DNA from: Bdellovibrionota bacterium
Lineage (GTDB): Bacteria; Bdellovibrionota_C; UBA2361; JBGSMV01
Direction: 5' to 3'
NCBI GenBank assembly: GCA_044356455.1
Contig: JBIKWF010000006.1
Span: 1 to 64,000 of the forward strand
Length of the DNA stretch: 64,000 nucleotides
The position numbers were made by a program, and so were the translations under genes. Below, piece by piece: positions 28,528 through 39,522 of this stretch (position 1 is the first letter of the stretch; every line of letters begins with the position of its first letter). The notes beneath the pieces are model-generated. The model was given only the letters and a program-made list of their open reading frames with translations. It was not told the origin of the DNA and searched no databases.

Positions 28528-29091
28528 CTAAGAAGCCTCTCCGGTGTGAATCAGGCAAAGCGAATTGATACAAAAGCGCTTCCCTGAGGGAGGAGGGCCA
28601 TCGTCGAAAACATGCCCCAAATGCGCTCCGCAGCGCGCACAAAGCACCTCAGTCCGAACCATTCCATGCGAGGTGTCCGTCCTTAGCTCAAGCACACCAT
28701 CCTTGGTTGCCTTGGTAAAGCTTGGCCAACCAGTCCCAGACTCAAACTTACTGTCTGAAGAAAACAAAAGCTGGCCACAACACGCACAAACGAACGTGCC
28801 GCTCTCCTTAAACATGCAGTACTTGCCGCTGAACGGTCTCTCAGTACCGGCACCACGGCACACTTTGTACTGTTCAGGGGAAAGCACTTGCTGCCAATAC
28901 TCCGGGCCCTTGGATTTCCAGTCCACGGTATCCGGGTCTACTTCCAGAAGGTGTTTAGGAAGAGCTGCCCTTGCGGCGCTCCCCTCTTTCGCCTTTTCCG
29001 CGTGCAGTAAATTTCCCGAGGCCCATTTCCCTAAGGCCATAACTGATCCCCCAACGGCTAATGTAATTAAAGAACGGCGGTTAAAAATCAA
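28528..29091 (-). CDS. msrB: Peptide-methionine (R)-sulfoxide reductase with Tat-like signal
   Basis: GTERPFSG, KFESGTGWPSF, HLGHVFDDGP, RFCINS; N-terminal NRRSLI plus hydrophobic stretch. Confidence 0.95.
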   Translation of the reverse strand: MIFNRRSLITLAVGGSVMALGKWASGNLLHAEKAKEGSAARAALPKHLLEVDPDTVDWKSKGPEYWQQVLSPEQYKVCRGAGTERPFSGKYCMFKESGTFVCACCGQLLFSSDSKFESGTGWPSFTKATKDGVLELRTDTSHGMVRTEVLCARCGAHLGHVFDDGPPPSGKRFCINSLCLIHTGEAS

Positions 29092-29476
29092 AGTAAGTAC
29101 TCCTGTACCATTTTCTCCGAATTAGTCGCCTGAATCACGAATATGTTTCACGCATGCCAAAGCAAAAGCGATGAAATATTAAGGAGTTACATTCTTACGC
29201 CAAGCGGCTCATTTGACCAGCGCCCTTAAGGCCGGTACTCTAAACCCCAGTCGCTTGAGAAATCTCCGCCCTGGGTACCTAGATATCGCAGGTGCGGTGG
29301 TTTCCCCTGCTGGGCGATGTGAGATGCTAGCAGAACTTCTGGTTAGCGGTAACTTGTATGCGGTAACTGGCAGGTGAATTTCCTCACTGGCGTCGGGTTA
29401 CCTTTAATTTAAGCACCTCTCTACAGGTGATACTCTCGGAAGATACAATTCCTCCCAGTACCCTCGCAAAATTACT

Positions 29477-31066
29477 ATGACTGAATCACTCGTTGCGGAG
29501 ACCGCACCAGCCTCTCCCGAAATTCTTCCCACCGGAACCCCTCCTCAAGCTCCAAGCCCCGTTTCGTTTCGAGACCTCACGGACGATGCCGCGGTGCTCG
29601 CGGCTCTTGATGCCGTAGGTTTTACTAAAGCAACTCCGGTACAAGCCTCTTCGCTACCGCTCGCGCTGAAAGGGCGTGACCTCATGTTGCAGGCGAAAAC
29701 CGGTAGCGGAAAGACTCTCACCTTTGTCTTACCCATGCTTTCACTCCTCGCGTCGACCACCAACGCGAGCGAAACGGTCGCTCTGATTCTTACTCCGACT
29801 CGCGAGCTTGCTTCTCAAATCTGCGTGGTCATTCGTTCTCTCACTAAAAATGTCGAGCCCGTACTCGTCATTGGAGGCATGAGTATTGGCGGCCAAATTC
29901 GTGAACTTGCGAATGATAGACGAATTGTGGTGGGCACCCCGGGACGCATTCTCGATCTATTGCGCCAGAAGGAGATTTCATTCCGAACCGCCAAGTTCTT
30001 TGCGGTCGATGAAGTCGACGAAATGTTCTCCATGGATTTTGCCGAAGATGTCCGCGCGATTCTCTCAAGACTTCCCGCTGAGCGTCAGGGTATTTTTGTA
30101 AGTGCCACCATCTCGCCCAAAGTTGAGATGCTCGCAAACAACTTCCTAACGAACCCGGAAAAGATTGTCATTTCAACCCCTGGCGAAGCGTTGCCCCCGG
30201 TTGAGCACTTGTATTACGAGGTTAAGGGCGAAGTTACCGCAAAGGCTAATGCGCTTTGCGATATCATCGAAACCTACAGCCCACGATCTGCCATTATTTT
30301 CTGCAATACAAAGTCTGATACAGAACTCGTTCAGGCCTTTCTTGCTCGGAGAGGGTATGACGCCGAGTTTCTCAATTCCGACCTCAATCAACGTCAACGC
30401 GATCATATCATGACCATGATGCGTGAGGGCAAATTGAGACTCCTCGTCGGAACCGATTTAGCCGCGCGCGGTCTCGACATCGCAGAGCTCGATCTGGTTG
30501 TAAACTACGCACTTCCTGATCAACCTGAAGTCTACGTTCACCGGACTGGAAGAACAGGGCGAGCAGGACGAAGTGGACGAGCAATAAGTTTAATCGGCCC
30601 GCAAGATTTTATGGCCTGGGTTCAAATACGGCGTGTAGCAATTATGGAAATTACCAAACAAGAACTTCCAACCGAAGAAGAAATAACAACCGCCCGCGTC
30701 TCGCATCTTCATAGTCTGCTTCGCGAGCAGGCCGGAGCACTGCAGCCTAAGGACCTGCAACTCGCTACCAAATTCCTCAAGGATGCGGGAGTTGAGGCGC
30801 CTACCGAAGATTTGACCGCGCTCGTCGGAAAACTTTGCACGTTTTTTATTGAGCAAAGTGCATCCACTCACCGCAAAAAGATGGACGCCGCCAGACCTGC
30901 CGGAGCTGAGCAGGATGCAAATGAAGGGCACTCACAGGGGCGTGATGATGGCGCTCGGCGCCACGGCAGTTCTGACAGACAAGGCCCTTCGCGCTCGCGC
31001 GGCTCCGACAGAGGCAATTCTCGCAGCGGGGGAAGAGGCGGTGGATACGGGGACAGGCGCAGATAG
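29477..31066 (+). CDS. DEAD-box RNA helicase (DeaD/CsdA-like, DEVD variant)
   Basis: [40 protein letters not shown]-rich tail. Confidence 0.93.
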   Translation: MTESLVAETAPASPEILPTGTPPQAPSPVSFRDLTDDAAVLAALDAVGFTKATPVQASSLPLALKGRDLMLQAKTGSGKTLTFVLPMLSLLASTTNASETVALILTPTRELASQICVVIRSLTKNVEPVLVIGGMSIGGQIRELANDRRIVVGTPGRILDLLRQKEISFRTAKFFAVDEVDEMFSMDFAEDVRAILSRLPAERQGIFVSATISPKVEMLANNFLTNPEKIVISTPGEALPPVEHLYYEVKGEVTAKANALCDIIETYSPRSAIIFCNTKSDTELVQAFLARRGYDAEFLNSDLNQRQRDHIMTMMREGKLRLLVGTDLAARGLDIAELDLVVNYALPDQPEVYVHRTGRTGRAGRSGRAISLIGPQDFMAWVQIRRVAIMEITKQELPTEEEITTARVSHLHSLLREQAGALQPKDLQLATKFLKDAGVEAPTEDLTALVGKLCTFFIEQSASTHRKKMDAARPAGAEQDANEGHSQGRDDGARRHGSSDRQGPSRSRGSDRGNSRSGGRGGGYGDRRR

Positions 31067-31161
31067 TCCGGTTCAATTGCGGCTTCCAGGCCGAACACCA
31101 CTTCCGCCCTCGAACCCATTGGAAAGAAACGACCGAACTTCACGAGTCCCTTAAAGATAAA

Positions 31162-31326
31162 ATGTCCGCAGCAAGTGCAATTCTTCTTTCCGGAATAGCC
31201 GGTCTCGTGACGGGAGCAATGTTGATGGCAGCGGGAGAGTATGTCTCAGTCCAGTCGCAAGCGGACACTGAGAATGCAGATCTCTCGCGCGAGCGCAAAG
31301 AACTAAGGACAACCTTGCTGCGCTGA
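31162..31326 (+). pseudogene. Internal fragment of a VIT1/CCC1 family transporter
   Basis: Translates as [43 protein letters not shown], the VIT signature; the rest of the gene is absent. Confidence 0.8.
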
Positions 31327-31697
31327 AGGCATCAAGACTAGTGGCCTCTGCAAAGCATCGATACGTACTCCGAGCAATTGAAACTGGTTCCCGAAACGCC
31401 GTGACGAGCTTCAGTTATCGTCCCCTTCTGGAGCTTGAGCTGTTCATAAGTAGATCAACTCGTCAGGCGAACTCCTTCCTGTTGAGTAATTCTGCGCAAC
31501 TTCTCCTTCACTCGCTACGCAAAACTGCGATGAATCAGGTCAAATGTTACCGACCGAGTTAGTTCCCGTTCCCAGTTAATACTCTGTGAGGAATTGGCAA
31601 AAGGCTTGCTACGTCAAGCGTTGGGATGTCTACGAATCTTGCAGGGTGCCGCAGTGAATTTCAGCGACTCGTAAGATTCGTAGTTCCCTAGGGAGGC

Positions 31698-34316
31698 ATG
31701 ATGGGCATCTTAAACTTCACCACTCGATTTCTCTTCGTCATTGCCTCGGCGTTCAGCCGGATAAGAGGAAAACTTGCTTTTTCTTCTCTGCTCCTTTTTG
31801 CCCTCTCTACAACGGCGAGTGCTCAACCAAGAATTTCATTCACCCTCGACTCAAGCTCACTCCATCATGTTCATCTCTTCAGCCTTCGCGGTGGATATGC
31901 ATGCCTGGTGAGGCGTCCCGCTCAGCGAGCCAACCTGTTTGGCAGACTATCCCCTCCTCGCCTCGAAGTTGGCGCTCGCTTTAGACAAGTAGTGCAGCTC
32001 TCGAGCGCAAGCAAGACCGCCAAGAGGATTCGTGCTGCAAGGAAAGCTTGCCAAGCTATGAGCCGCTCTCCGTCGACACCGACTCCGACTCCGACTCCGA
32101 CTCCGACTCCGACAAAAACAGCCTCCCCAACTCCGACACAAGGATCAACTCCAATCCCAGCCCCCCCGCCTCCCGTGGCTATTTCTCACGTCGGCGACGC
32201 ACCATCGACCGTTCTCGCCGGAAGCGCTCTTACCATACACGCTGAACTTCTCGACGAATCGGGTACTCGAACGCGCTTCCAGCCTGCGATCAGCACCGCT
32301 CTTGAGGTATTTGACAATGCTGGGATTCGCCTATCTTCGTCTCAACGCCAAGTAACTGATGGGCACACCAAGTTCACCCTTAATGCTCCGCAGCATAGCG
32401 GAAGGTACCTCTTAAGACTCTCCTCCCGATCGCCCGACCTACTCCTCGAAACGGCTCTGGTGGTAAACCCCTTGCCCCTCCAGCGGATCATCGTAGCGGA
32501 CGCTCTTGTTAGGTCCGTAGCCCTTCACGTGCCCTTTGAGGTTCAAGTGAGGGCTGAGGACCGCTACGGGAACCTAGTTACGGATGACATGCTTCGAATT
32601 CGTGTCGGCTCCGGCGATGCTCTCCTTGAGGGAGAGACCAGCGCCACACTTCATAACGGTAGTGCCGTTTTTCAAGGACTTAGATTCATCAAAGGTAGCG
32701 AGGCCCATCTTGTCATTGAGAATGCAGATCGCTCAGTCTCAACGAACGTCCCGCCTCTTACCATCGTATCGGGACATACGACCGCATTAGCCTGGGACCC
32801 TCTGCCTACTGCTCCCCTGGGCAACTTGGCTCCCTGGTATCGACTACGTGAATGGACGAGCACGACCAATCCCCTTGCCTGCCAGACAAGTGCCTTCGAT
32901 GCCGCCATTAAAGTGCGAGCTCAGGCGGCCAAGTTGCACACTGAGCAAATGCCCGAGGGCTTCCGAACTATTCTCTTTTTCTGGGAAATGACCCCAAGCT
33001 GGGAGGACCCGCGTGATACGGTACGAAACGCAGCAGGTGAGGTTCAGGGCTTTCGGGACGCTCACGGAACGTTTCGGCCTTACCTTAGCCCGTGGTGGGA
33101 CAACGGGGCACTCGAGTCTCGCTGCCGTGTGGTGAAGTTCCTCGATGAGTTTCATCGACTTGGGGGAGTCCTTGATTACGCTATCTTGGACACCGAGCGC
33201 TCCATGAGTAATTGGCACATGGATCTATTGGCAAGCGAACGTTACGGGGCGAACACCAGCCAGGTTTCCTCTCAGGTGGCCGAAGATCTCCGGCTTGCCT
33301 ACTACGCCGCCATGGAGGCCGATCCGCGCATGGACCAGGTCGACTCGACTTCGTTTGGGTTCACCGACCTACGCCCCCTTCGAACCCAACTTAGTCAGGG
33401 CAGTCTCACGCAGCATGTCGCTCGTTGGAATTCGAGTGCCGTTCGTGACGGGCCACACCGCAACGCCTATCTGCAGTGGAATCAACTCATGCAGCAGCGT
33501 GCCACACGCTATAAGAATTTCGCCCTCTTTGAGCCACTTCGGGCGCGCTATCCAAACATTAAGTTGAGTGAATACGAGTCGTACCTCTCGATGCCGGAAC
33601 ACAACCTTCCTGACAGCAACGGCCATCAGGTTTCACTCTTTTCTGGCCCTGATCAAGAGGTAGTGGGAAACCTGCAGACAAAACCGCTCTACGGGGTACT
33701 CCGTGACTATGTCTTTTTCAACGTGCGCACCCCGCGTCTCATCTATCAAGGGACACCTTTTAATGCCATTCGTCTGAACCTGAACCATGTTCGAAGCGCA
33801 ACCTTGACGCGTCCCGACATACCCTTTCAGCCCTGGTTTGCTTACCGAAGCTTTGGCTCGCAGCCCGCGGTTGACGCTTGTGCCAACTGCCGACTTGATG
33901 ACAGCGATTACTACTTCGAGCTCGTCTATCACACCCTCCTCACCAGCACCGCCCCACCGCTCTTTTGGAACCCGGTCGGACTATCCACTGCCCCCGATGT
34001 TGAGGTCATGAGCGAGCTTCTGGTCGAGTATGATCGTGTCGCACGCCACTCAGTGAATCGAGAGCCAGCAGTGACAGACCTGATTGGTTGGGAGAAAGAT
34101 TATGCTCTTAGCGCCGAGGAAACAGACTACGGGACGATCTATCGCTATACGCCGAAACTGGAGGAGAGTGCCTCGATAGACACTCTAATTGAGTCCTACG
34201 AACCTGCCACACTCCGAACTCCCTCAGGCGAGCGTCTTCATTTCCCTCGCGGTCGCGTTGAACGCGATGCTCTTTCAGGGAAAGGAGCGTGGATTGTTGA
34301 GCGTCGCTACGACTGA
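31698..34316 (+). CDS. Large secreted protein (PT linker, Ig-like repeats, unknown C-terminal domain)
   Basis: GGAGG RBS; signal peptide ending ASA-Q; (PT)n linker; V.AEDRYGN Ig-like motif. Confidence 0.75.
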   Translation: MMGILNFTTRFLFVIASAFSRIRGKLAFSSLLLFALSTTASAQPRISFTLDSSSLHHVHLFSLRGGYACLVRRPAQRANLFGRLSPPRLEVGARFRQVVQLSSASKTAKRIRAARKACQAMSRSPSTPTPTPTPTPTPTKTASPTPTQGSTPIPAPPPPVAISHVGDAPSTVLAGSALTIHAELLDESGTRTRFQPAISTALEVFDNAGIRLSSSQRQVTDGHTKFTLNAPQHSGRYLLRLSSRSPDLLLETALVVNPLPLQRIIVADALVRSVALHVPFEVQVRAEDRYGNLVTDDMLRIRVGSGDALLEGETSATLHNGSAVFQGLRFIKGSEAHLVIENADRSVSTNVPPLTIVSGHTTALAWDPLPTAPLGNLAPWYRLREWTSTTNPLACQTSAFDAAIKVRAQAAKLHTEQMPEGFRTILFFWEMTPSWEDPRDTVRNAAGEVQGFRDAHGTFRPYLSPWWDNGALESRCRVVKFLDEFHRLGGVLDYAILDTERSMSNWHMDLLASERYGANTSQVSSQVAEDLRLAYYAAMEADPRMDQVDSTSFGFTDLRPLRTQLSQGSLTQHVARWNSSAVRDGPHRNAYLQWNQLMQQRATRYKNFALFEPLRARYPNIKLSEYESYLSMPEHNLPDSNGHQVSLFSGPDQEVVGNLQTKPLYGVLRDYVFFNVRTPRLIYQGTPFNAIRLNLNHVRSATLTRPDIPFQPWFAYRSFGSQPAVDACANCRLDDSDYYFELVYHTLLTSTAPPLFWNPVGLSTAPDVEVMSELLVEYDRVARHSVNREPAVTDLIGWEKDYALSAEETDYGTIYRYTPKLEESASIDTLIESYEPATLRTPSGERLHFPRGRVERDALSGKGAWIVERRYD

Positions 34317-34981
34317 TCTGCGCGAAGGCTACTGGTGATTTATGGCGCAACCCGATCTTAAGCCCTTCTTACTCAGGGGTCTCAAACGCTTGTCGGTAAG
34401 GTGGCAAGAAATAGGTATCTAACTCTACATGAATCGCTTCAAATCGCTTCGCACGATCGACGTTAAGGAGTACGGTGCGATGGCCACCTACGCAGCGCCC
34501 TGTCATAATTTTCTTGAGACTCGACAAAGCTGGAGGCGACGCTCATCAACGAGCGTTGCGGGCTGGACGCCATCAGGTCGCCGTCCCTTATATCGGAGAA
34601 TACACGCAAAAGCTTTGCGCGTAGTCTCCCAGGGATTTCTATGTGCTCATGAGCCTAGCGAGAGTACCTATCCTTTATCTGTTGGAATTTCTCCCCCGGC
34701 GCGACTCTCACCGCTGGAGTCGGGGCCTTGTCGGGGGGCTTGGGGAATGTCGTGAAAAGGGTCGCCACAATCGTTATTTAACCCACGCTGGGCAAGCCAA
34801 TCTGCGTGAGAAATAGTCTCACGAAGTTGCGGGGCTATCTGCGGCAAGGTAGGAGGGCCAAGACCATCTGGTCGCTCTTCTCTGTTTTTCGCTACGGATT
34901 CATCTGGGCTGCAAGCACTCATATAAGCACACAGTGGAAAAGTGATGGTGTTAAAGGCTACTTTCCATCCTTCTCTTTTAA

Positions 34982-35611
34982 CTACGGTAACGCTCTCTCC
35001 GCCTGAGAAACAAGACAGCGTAGCCGAATGAGCACCTCATCTGCCGCAGCATGAAGAAGAATCAACGGCTGCGCACGAATCCAACGAACTGCAGCGTTGG
35101 CAAACCTAAGGCCTTCTAAGGAAGCTAATTCCCCTCTCTCCGACTTAAGAACTGATAGCAGATCGCTGAGGTGGCTTAGTTTCTGTGGCACTGACTCGAG
35201 CTCAAAAAGCTGCTTACTGAGAGTGCATATCGTGAATTCCAGCTCTACTCTGTCAGCTCGCAAGGGATTAGCCCCCCGATTAATCGCAGCTTCAAGATCC
35301 GAGAGCACTTTTTGAGCCTCGACAAGGGCGCTCTGCTCTGCGTCTTTAGTCAAATCTCCCTCGGAGTTAAAACTCAAAACGGATAAGTCTGACGCTGTGG
35401 TCATTGGCCCAAAGCATACCGTCTTCTTTTGCGCGTCGCTAATGATCTGGACGAGACCCTGAGAGCTGTGGTGAATGGTCAACGATCGACCTGCAGGGCA
35501 GCGTAGGTGTATCGCTTGTTCACCTGAGGGACTGCCATGGTGCTCAGCCAAGCGCATCATCGTTTCTGAGATGGGCTTGGAGTGCGCACGTAGTTTAGTC
35601 GGCGATAGCAT
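34982..35611 (-). CDS. Hypothetical protein
   Basis: 209-aa ORF in a same-strand run; start uncertain. Confidence 0.55.
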   Translation of the reverse strand: MLSPTKLRAHSKPISETMMRLAEHHGSPSGEQAIHLRCPAGRSLTIHHSSQGLVQIISDAQKKTVCFGPMTTASDLSVLSFNSEGDLTKDAEQSALVEAQKVLSDLEAAINRGANPLRADRVELEFTICTLSKQLFELESVPQKLSHLSDLLSVLKSERGELASLEGLRFANAAVRWIRAQPLILLHAAADEVLIRLRCLVSQAERALP

Positions 35612-35735
35612 ACAATCAGCGGAACGCTTTTTAGGCCTCGATTGTGCGTGGCGAGTGTTCGCGTTTCAATCCCGACGTTTTAGGGGGCTGCCTCATGTCC
35701 AATTGTTACCGAGTCCCTGACAGCTTAGGATCGCT

Positions 35736-37145
35736 TTAGAAATCCCACCGAAGCAATTTTTTGGTTCGATCATCGTCGGCTGTTTGCAGAACTCCAAGAA
35801 GCTCCCCGAGATCTCCCACATTTACAGCCAGTTGGACGACTGCTTCAACCTTCCCCCAAAAGCCCCCAAGTTTCCAGAGGCTGCGTATGAACGATGCCCG
35901 AGCGTCTAGCGGTATGAAGTCTCCTTGCGTCCGTGCTTTACGCACTACCTCGCTCATGAGATTCAAGTCTGTCCGGTCACCGAATTCTGACAAATAGAGC
36001 AGGGCCAGAAATTGGGAATCGTGCTGAGCCCCGATAAGCTTACGAAGAAGAGTGAGGCCCTCCATTCGTTGATTGGGTTCCCTTGTAATGTGTCCAACTT
36101 TGCAAAGTAGGAGTTCGACCAGTCGATGAGGTAATTGTTCACTGAGTAGGCACTCACGAATTTGGGGGAGCGTGGATGCGTCAAGGCTTTTTAGGTGGCT
36201 CAGTGCTTGCTTGTGCTTGTAGGAACTCCAACTGTTCGAAAAACAGGGCATCCGAGAAAATGCCTCAACTCTTACGAGAGAGGCAAATTCTCTTGCTACT
36301 TCACGCACCATTTCACATTTGCTCGCCGGAACAAATACTACCAGATTGCAAGGTTGCACCGGAGAAATGGCGCATTCAAGCGATACTGCCCCTTTCTCCA
36401 TCATACGCCATGAGAACCCCTCATGCGGAGCCACCCCATATATCACGGGGAATGGGTTGCGAATTAGCTGTTGCTCAGTTGCAGAGAGCGTTGGCCACGT
36501 TCTCTGCCGCTCTGTTTCGATATACTGGCGAAGCTGTTCGAACGGCAGCTGCGAAGGGTCTGAGAAAAGCGTCGCCTCTTGCTTGGAAGACTTGATAACA
36601 TTCGGTTGATCACGAGCTGGTTGCCATGCCTTCTCAGTCAAATTCGCAAGAGCATACTCGATCGCCCCTTCGGGGCGCTCTTGCCACACAGCAGACACCA
36701 AGTGGTTATTGACTCCACGGTCTGGTACCAGCCCGAATTCTAGCTCTCCACCGAAGGGCACTGAGCGGGAACGAAGCAACTGGCCACTTGGCTGCAGCCC
36801 TGCACGCAATACTCCCGCGAGACTCGCCGAGCCTGAGCCGTGGTAGCAGATAAGAGGGGCATCATCCGGAACTTTCTCACCTGCGCCGGGGTTGTCGCGC
36901 TTTAATCCGCTCAAAACGAGCAGACTAAGATCGAAATCTGCTTGCTGCGTAGTTGAGGTTAGTCGCGAGCCACGATGGTCGCGTCCCTGTTCTGGCATAG
37001 ATTGGTGATTGTTGCTTAACACGTGCTCGTTATGACGATGTAACGGGCAGGCGGTGCCCGATAATCCGATTACGACATGCCTCAAAGCAATGTTACCAAA
37101 GAGCAGTTGCTTAAGCTGTTGAAGCCTCTCCCTTCCAGATATCAA
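35736..37145 (-). CDS. Hypothetical protein with ADP-ribosyltransferase-like YHG motif and helical C-terminus
   Basis: ICYHGSGSASLAGVLRAGLQP ... AIEYA; the real start may be ATG 36998. Confidence 0.55.
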   Translation of the reverse strand: MISGRERLQQLKQLLFGNIALRHVVIGLSGTACPLHRHNEHVLSNNHQSMPEQGRDHRGSRLTSTTQQADFDLSLLVLSGLKRDNPGAGEKVPDDAPLICYHGSGSASLAGVLRAGLQPSGQLLRSRSVPFGGELEFGLVPDRGVNNHLVSAVWQERPEGAIEYALANLTEKAWQPARDQPNVIKSSKQEATLFSDPSQLPFEQLRQYIETERQRTWPTLSATEQQLIRNPFPVIYGVAPHEGFSWRMMEKGAVSLECAISPVQPCNLVVFVPASKCEMVREVAREFASLVRVEAFSRMPCFSNSWSSYKHKQALSHLKSLDASTLPQIRECLLSEQLPHRLVELLLCKVGHITREPNQRMEGLTLLRKLIGAQHDSQFLALLYLSEFGDRTDLNLMSEVVRKARTQGDFIPLDARASFIRSLWKLGGFWGKVEAVVQLAVNVGDLGELLGVLQTADDDRTKKLLRWDF

Positions 37146-37198
37146 AGATTTACAACAATCAGAGCCACGGAACGGAGTGCCGCCGGTGTGCTAAGCCG

Positions 37199-38326
37199 TT
37201 ATCTAGCCCCTCCAAAAAGTCGCTCGCCATGAGTACTGGGGACGAAAGACTCCTCAGGCAGTCTTATTTCAGAGGGCGGCTTAGAGTCATAAACAATCAC
37301 CGCCAGGGAATCTGCGGGCCGGAGCTGAAGATAGCCCTTGCTCACCTCCTCAAGGTTCTCTAGCGGCCCTGCGGTCACCACCACGATGGGATGCTGCTTC
37401 GCCACACTCAGCAGATTATGAACGACAGCCTTGAGAGCATTTCCCACAAACGGAGCATCAAGAAAGAACTTGTTCGCTCCACTGAGATCAGCAAAACGAG
37501 GATCCTCGCTGCTGAACGAAGTTCGGCGAATGCTTAAGGCTTTACACCTTGCGCGGGACTCATCAGCGAGGCCTGAATCATACTCATACCCCCGCACCAT
37601 CTTTGCCACGCTCAAGACCGCTGCAAGAGCCACAAAATCCCCCACTCCACTACCCAATTGAACAAGGACATCCTTTCTCGACAGTTCAAGGGCACCCAGG
37701 GCTCGCATGCTCGTGTGAACAGGCGTGCGGCAGACCTCCTGAAAACCATGCGGAACTGGAAGCGAGTTCCTAGGCTTTCGGGGAAGTTCGAAAACTTGCT
37801 CGGCTAGCACATCTGCCGAGCGCAGCCAAGGGATTGTGCCCTCTTGATTTCGTAGCGTCTTATGGAGAGCCGCCGCAAAGAGGGCGCCCCCGGAAGCAAG
37901 TCCAGCCTTAAGGGGCGCAACTTCGCGTTCCATCTCTAGGGCCGCTCCGTTCGCAATCGCTCCCATAGCAGCCGCCACTACAGAAAAGCGCTTCGCGAAC
38001 TGAGGCGCAATAATCCTATCATCGACGGCTTCACTGGCTCTCGAAAGCGCCCCAAGAATAGAATCCTTTTCAAAAAGCGAGCGTCTCGTAAGAGATTGTT
38101 GACCAAGGAAGCTTACTCCTTCCTCAAGCTTAGTCAGAGCGGCCTCCTGCTCAGGGGCGAGAAAGGAATTGTCGAAATCTGTGGCTGCTGACTCAAGAGA
38201 GGAAAGAACTGTCTCAAGCGAACAAGCCTGAAGCTCTCTATCTCTGCGGCCATGAACAGAGTGTTTCAGATCAGAATGCCTGGATGCCTTTTCTAACCTC
38301 GCGTGATTTCGTGCGACCTGTGTCAT
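37199..38326 (-). CDS. DOT1-like class I SAM-dependent methyltransferase
   Basis: L.L...DVLVQLGSGVG...A......RGYEY...DLSGANKFFLDAPF; long N-terminal extension. Confidence 0.65.
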   Translation of the reverse strand: MTQVARNHARLEKASRHSDLKHSVHGRRDRELQACSLETVLSSLESAATDFDNSFLAPEQEAALTKLEEGVSFLGQQSLTRRSLFEKDSILGALSRASEAVDDRIIAPQFAKRFSVVAAAMGAIANGAALEMEREVAPLKAGLASGGALFAAALHKTLRNQEGTIPWLRSADVLAEQVFELPRKPRNSLPVPHGFQEVCRTPVHTSMRALGALELSRKDVLVQLGSGVGDFVALAAVLSVAKMVRGYEYDSGLADESRARCKALSIRRTSFSSEDPRFADLSGANKFFLDAPFVGNALKAVVHNLLSVAKQHPIVVVTAGPLENLEEVSKGYLQLRPADSLAVIVYDSKPPSEIRLPEESFVPSTHGERLFGGAR

Positions 38327-38409
38327 TTTGCCTTTAACGCCATGAATGCGTGGAACTGACCCCGAGTATACCGAGCGTCAGGAGTAGGTTAGCGAAGCGC
38401 ACGTCCCAA

Positions 38410-39405
38410 TCAAGCGCCAGTGTCCGAAATAGGACAAAAGGCGCCCTTCTCCCGCAAGAACTGCAAGATTCGTTCGTCCTGCCATCTTGGAAATCTGCGC
38501 GAGAACTGCGCAAAGGCGACATGTCCGCCATAATCTGAGAGCTCAAGCCACACTCTCTGCAAATCGCGCACCTCGTTCACTGGGTGGCATGCCGGCCCAA
38601 GAAAGGGATCGTCGCGAGAATTGAGGATTAGCGTGGGCACGGTTATGCCGCTTAGAAACTGAGCAGCTGAACACTTTTGATAGTAGTCCTGGGCACACTT
38701 AAAGCCATGCAGCGGAGCAATATATTCTTCATCACACTGCCTAATGGTCTTGCAAAGCCGTAGACGCGAAGTAGCGATGAGCGCAGGATACTTTTGGTGT
38801 TTTAGCTTAATCCTGCGGTGGATATGAGAGACAATATGCCTGGAATAGAGGTAATTTCCCGGAGCTTCCATTTTTAAAGAGGCAGCCTCAAGGTTACAGG
38901 GCGCAGAAACTGCCACCGCGGCTGAGACTGAAGGCCGCGATCCATGCCGAGCTTCCCCAAGGTACTTGAGGACAAGATTAGCACCCAAGCTGAAACCCAC
39001 GAGCGCGGTGGAAGAATAGACTCCCTTGGATCGCACGCATTGAAGCACCGTCTCAAGGTCCTCCGTAGCTCCGCTATGATAAAGCCTACTAGTGCAATTT
39101 GGCTCTCCACTGCAACCACGGCAGTTCCAGGCAAGCACGTCGAGCCCCGCTTCCGTCGCACGCTCTGCAAGAGAGCACACGTAGGGGCTACGAGAGCTCC
39201 CCACTATTCCATGGCAGATAACAAGCAGTGATTCAGATCCTCTCCTCACCCAATCAAGATCGAGAAAGTCCTCGTCGGGAGTGCGTATTCTTTCTCTCGA
39301 ATAGGCAGGTATTCCTGCTGGGGCATATGCCCCCCAAAGGGTGTTCACATGCGCATTTCGCAGCAGCAAAGAGGCACGATAGGAGGGAGATAGTACAAGG
39401 GGCAC
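38410..39405 (-). CDS. YheT-family alpha/beta hydrolase
   Basis: TPD.DFLDLDW, HG..GSS..Y, GFSLG, DDPF, GGHV. Confidence 0.9.
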   Translation of the reverse strand: MPLVLSPSYRASLLLRNAHVNTLWGAYAPAGIPAYSRERIRTPDEDFLDLDWVRRGSESLLVICHGIVGSSRSPYVCSLAERATEAGLDVLAWNCRGCSGEPNCTSRLYHSGATEDLETVLQCVRSKGVYSSTALVGFSLGANLVLKYLGEARHGSRPSVSAAVAVSAPCNLEAASLKMEAPGNYLYSRHIVSHIHRRIKLKHQKYPALIATSRLRLCKTIRQCDEEYIAPLHGFKCAQDYYQKCSAAQFLSGITVPTLILNSRDDPFLGPACHPVNEVRDLQRVWLELSDYGGHVAFAQFSRRFPRWQDERILQFLREKGAFCPISDTGA

Positions 39406-39522
39406 AGGACCTCGTTCTCACACAGTCCTGCAGCTTCAGGCAGGCATCCATTTCCAGTACCCCAGCATAGTTTCACTCCCACAAGTATTGCGCTATCCTC
39501 TCCTAGGGCTCTGGGGGGAACA

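Noticed and set aside
32079..32140. CCGACT hexamer repeat (also an 18-bp repeat near 14866 and 15-bp repeats near 5780)
   Set aside because: They encode ordinary low-complexity linkers (PT, APREDA, EQGRS)
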